Shown piece by piece: positions 59,700 through 64,000 of a stretch of 64,000 nucleotides of DNA. The first letter of the stretch is position 1; each line of letters starts with the position of its first letter. Both the position numbers and the translations under genes were made by a program. The stretch covers positions 163,620-227,619 of the forward strand of contig NW_003314306.1 of NCBI RefSeq assembly GCF_000143415.4, given 5' to 3'. The stretch comes from Selaginella moellendorffii (lineage: Eukaryota > Plantae > Lycopodiophyta). Below the pieces are notes generated by a model, which searched no databases, had not been told where the DNA came from, and saw nothing but the letters and a program-made list of their open reading frames with translations.

Positions 59700-60950
59700 T
59701 TTCTATGCCTTTGGCACTCTCATAAACATTATTGAGTATATTCTTTCATCCCTTACACCCTTTGCAACTAATCAAGTGCAAACTGGTGCCTCAAATAACA
59801 TGCCTCTATATCGAAAATATCTATTGACTCACCAAATAGCTAGGATCAAGCTTTAGTTCAACCATTTGACAGCCAAGATCCGAATTAGGTTCCATTAGCA
59901 AATAATGATGATCAAGTGGTTCATAGAATATCACATTGACCTTGAGATAAGCAAAATTGACTTTTACAAATAAAAGGTGGTAACATATATTTTTTACAGC
60001 AATGACTGTTGACAATAGTTTCATTTTAGCTTGACAAGATTTTTGTGATGAGGAGTTGAAGGAACTCTTATCAACAACATGCCATATGACAGTGGTATAT
60101 TAATCCTTATTTTTTATATTCACTTAGCTCTTCTGTAAGTCTGACTTGTTTCCCCAATAACGCACCGAGGCATTATGGGTGTCTTCATTCTCTTCTATAG
60201 TAGATTGCTAGCATCTTTCACAGAAGATGATATAAACATGGACATACAACATTAGTTCAACTATTAGTGTTGAAAGATACAAAAGCCTTTACTTTCAATT
60301 GTGGACTTCATTCTCTTTGACTTTTTAGATGGTCTTTCAGATATTGATGCGAAAGTCAAGGACTAAAACTTTTTCACACTTAATCACATATGTGATGCAT
60401 TCTTTTTGTTGGAAGCACTTATGCTCAAAGTTGGCAATGTCATCTTCATCCCACCAAACAACCCCAACTAGATGTATAAACTTATAATGTATGTAGTTCA
60501 TTTCAAGTTGCTCTCTTCCTGATGCATTATGGATCCTATTATCATCAATAAAGCAAGATTGAAAAAGTGAGTATATATTTCATATCTTTATCTAATTTCT
60601 AAACTTTCTTATTTTTCAAGTTATAATGTAAAAATATCATACCTTCTGTAGAAACATGCATAATGAATTTTATGATAGCAACTGTGCAGCCTATATTTTG
60701 CCTAGGTACAACAGTTCTATTAACATTATACCCAAACTTATGGATGAGTAAATCTATAACACATTTCCTAGGTATTGATTTCAAACTCTATTAGCAATGC
60801 AAGTCTTACTTGACCTCTATTGCCCACCAAATGGTGTTGTGATTGATTGCATAGCAAGTAGTGGTTTTATAGTAAAAGTAGTATATGACTTTGGTAGGCT
60901 AGTATTTACTATTAAAGAACATTATTTTTTCAAACGCTAACTCAAAGGAT
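59700..60950 (+). mobile_element. Ty1/copia remnant related to the 43-47 kb element
   Basis: TGASNNM protease-like motif, HFLGIDF; 59828-60210 aligns with 43658-44005. Confidence 0.65.
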
Positions 60951-62182
60951 TTTGTAACCTACCTCTAACCTCAAGGAGGTAAATTATATTTATTAAGATT
61001 TCAATACATATTTAGATCTATTTTATAAATCACGGTCATCTGGAGTTTTTAAAATTAAAGGCTTTGGAAGTTTTCCCAACTATGTAGAAGCCATGGCTCA
61101 ACAAACGCAAGGTGGATCTTCCCTACAATACCAATATAGAAAAAGGTATAGAAGAAATCAATATACTAATGATGAGGTAGAAGAAAGTTACATACATCCT
61201 TATATGAAATAAAAAACCTATCATATATTAAATGTCAATGACAATGTCAGATGTTAGTAATAGTGTCAATGTTAGATATCATAATTGTAGATTGTCATTC
61301 TCACATGTTATTATCACTTTACAATGTTTATGTATTGCCATATCCTCCTTCAACATCTTCTAAACAATTGTATATGATATGATAGCACCATCTAGAACAA
61401 AGTATGTTATTTACAACTAATATCTATATATTTTCTTTTAATAGACAATTTTATAATATAATAAAGTAATTCTAGATCTTACATTCCATTGTAAAATGGC
61501 CTAAAACCCCTATATTATGCACTAGCCAATGTAGTGTTTCCTAAGAGGATATTATTCCTCACTATGAAGTGATAATGGGTATGTGTCTATAACTCGTTTT
61601 AAATCTATTATACATCCACACATAAGAAAAAATAGCATATTAAATACCGAATATAATAACATTTTGTATTTTCAAGTAATCCTACCATATCAAGAGCAAG
61701 ATCTTGTAGAAACATATGGCACTACTCTTAAAGCACTACAGGCAATCCCTCTCTAGTAGCATGATCCAAAATTTCATATATAAGGAGCTCTAGTTCAACT
61801 TCACTAGAGCCCCCAATAGAAAAAGGATTATTATGTGAAGGTGAAGGTGGAATGTTAGTAAAATTTGGGGATGGAAGTGGAGATTGATATGAAATGCTAG
61901 GGGGCTAAGTATGAATAACAGTAACTTTCTTTCAAACCATTTCTATAAAAACTTTGAAAGAGGTTAAGGCGAATAAGAAACTATGATAACTATAAATTTT
62001 CTTTACTAGTTTATATACTAAGTTTTAGTCTTGGGAAGGAGGTTTATTTATTATAATATTGATAATACTCAAATTCATGAAATGTTCATTCTAATGAAAT
62101 CTTACTTCACTACACATACTACATTTATACCAATTTTCTAAAGTGGATACACCACCTCTAGTAGCATGAGGACCCATCTAGT

Positions 62183-62626
62183 CCTCATGGTAGAGTAGCA
62201 TCCCGAGCTCTATGACCACTTCATGGAAGCTATAAACCACTCCCAAAGGTTGATGGGCAAATTCATATTTACCACATCAATACCTTTTTAAAAATTTGAT
62301 AGGGATGTAATTGTTTCTATTAAGAAGTTTGGGCTGGCTAAGCTTTTCTTTCTCCTTTGTCAACTTGAGAAAGAGAGGGACCTCAAGGCATTCACAATCA
62401 CCTTTCTTCCATTCTTCGTTTGTCTATTATATTTGTTTTTCCTCATGTGCATGGCAGGCAAGCTCTAGATGCAATTGGAAGTTCAAAAGCAATTGCATAA
62501 ACAGCTTGCAAAATTTCTCTAAAAATATATCTCTTAAATAGGAGCAAAGATACTCCAAACATAAGGTGTAGGAGAAATACTTGTAAAGTATACTCAAGAA
62601 GTAACAAATGATGACCTCTCTAGCCA
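62183..62626 (+). pseudogene. Decayed MYB-CC (PHR1/PHL-type GARP) transcription factor fragment; left arm of an inverted repeat
   Basis: PELYDHFMEAINH, TPKG, KFGLAK, MQLEVQKQLHKQL, KYL*SILKK. Confidence 0.8.
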
Positions 62627-62835
62627 ATCAAACTAGATATAGATCCAAACCCCATAATGTGAGGAGCATAAGCCAACAGGATGTAATTCTCCCTAGCTCA
62701 CATATATGCTCACTACCCCAAGCAGCAGCCTTTCAGTTCAAACTGAAAAAGTGCTCAATTAATGTTTTGCTTTCACCTTTGCCCTTAAAATGGATTTGAC
62801 ATTATTTTATTTTTTAGTTTAAATGAGAGTTTAAA

Positions 62836-63277
62836 TGGCTAGAGAGGTCATCATTTGCTGCTTTTTGAGTATATTTTACAGGTATTTCTTGTACACCTTA
62901 TGTCTGGAGTATTTTTGCTCCTATTTAAAAGACATGTTTTTAGAGAAATTTTGCAAGCTGTTCATGCAATCGCTTCTGAACTTCCCCTTAAATCTAGTGC
63001 TTACCTGCCACGTACATGAGGAAAAACAAATATAATAGACAAACAAAGAATGGAAGAGAGGTGGTTATAAATGCCTTGAGGTCCCTCCCTTTCTCAAGTT
63101 GACAAAGGAGAAAGAAAAGCTTAGCCAACCCAAACTTCTTAATAGAAACAATTACACCCCTATCAAATTTTTAAAAAGATACTAATGTGGTAAATATAAG
63201 TCTGCCTGACCTTTGGGAGTGGTTCATGGCTTCCATGAAGTGGTCATGGAGCTCAGGATGCTACTCTACCATGGGGG
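62836..63277 (-). pseudogene. Decayed MYB-CC fragment; right arm of the inverted repeat
   Basis: Minus strand PELHDHFMEAMNH, EVQKRLHEQL (exact LHEQL motif), KYL*NILKKQQ. Confidence 0.82.
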
Positions 63278-64000
63278 CATCCTTCAAGTTCATTCACATT
63301 CTTTCCTCCATAATCATGAATCAATGGATATGGGTTCCAATGGGACTTTGTGCTTAAATCTGGTCCTTTTCTGCCTGATTTCTTTACATGCCATTTTTAC
63401 TATAACATTCTACTATCTTAACATTTTTGAACAATGAATTTTGAAACAAGTTTGAATATCAAAATCATATAAAATGACAGTCTTGTAGCAAATTTAATTG
63501 TGAAAGTTCAGTACATCTTATTTCTACTGATAAAAATAAAGATCGATCTACTAGTGTAACAAAACCCCCACCACGACGTGTAATACAATGTTCTTTTATA
63601 AATTTTATAGCTTCTAAAATATCATTTCTAGTTTCTATAACATTGCGAGTTCTTCTTCTTGTTACTAATAAAGCAAATTTAAGATTTATAGAGCTTTCTC
63701 TATACCTCATTTGAAATGGATTTCATTGATTTAATATATTTGTTGAAGCTTGACAATATTCATTATCACTAATTCTTAAATGTCTTCCTCTCATATAACA
63801 AGATTCAATTGCAGGGCTTGAATAACAATGAGATTTTATTAAAATATTTACTAGAAATAGTATAATATATTAAAATACATATTTATATATTATGAAAATA
63901 TTTAATAAAAGTAATAAACTATTTTTAAGAGAAGTCTGAGAGCTCACAATACCAAAATGTGCATATGTGTATTAGCCTGAAACACTAACTTATATATAAG

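Noticed and set aside
62427-63035. Twin 66-aa MAREVIIC ORFs as a duplicated small protein
   Set aside because: They are antisense frames of the MYB-CC pseudogene arms

Overview
Eukaryotic land-plant nuclear DNA, most likely the lycophyte Selaginella (inferred from ~50-60 nt introns, very high gene density, PLS-class PPR genes, a canonical PKA regulatory subunit and a CVNH-like gene). Bases 1-42.7 kb are gene-dense: CC/RPW8-like NLR, RBM39-like splicing factor, SAM-PRXL2A-like redox protein, atypical SDR, PKA regulatory subunit, GA20ox-like 2OG-dioxygenase, CVNH-like secreted protein, two PLS PPR genes, two paralogous orphan secreted proteins, mitochondrial intermediate peptidase, POLD3, a TMK receptor kinase, OMA1, a THA8-like PPR, three tRNA genes, and RPS8 and amidophosphoribosyltransferase pseudogenes. 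A tandem duplication with reciprocal gene loss and an orphan 18S rRNA fragment also lie here. Bases 42.7-64 kb are a nested transposon block with two assembly gaps. The strongest candidates for new biology are: (i) a complete TRIM retroelement carrying two internal 5S-rRNA-promoter-like cassettes with an inverted C-box (Cassandra-like but differently organised); (ii) a ~440-bp inverted duplication of a decayed PHR1/PHL-type MYB-CC gene, a candidate hairpin-RNA or proto-MIRNA locus; (iii) a land-plant PKA-R with a pseudosubstrate site; (iv) a candidate poison exon in RBM39; (v) a pair of orphan secreted proteins interleaved with tRNA genes. All calls come from reading the sequence by eye; no searches were run.
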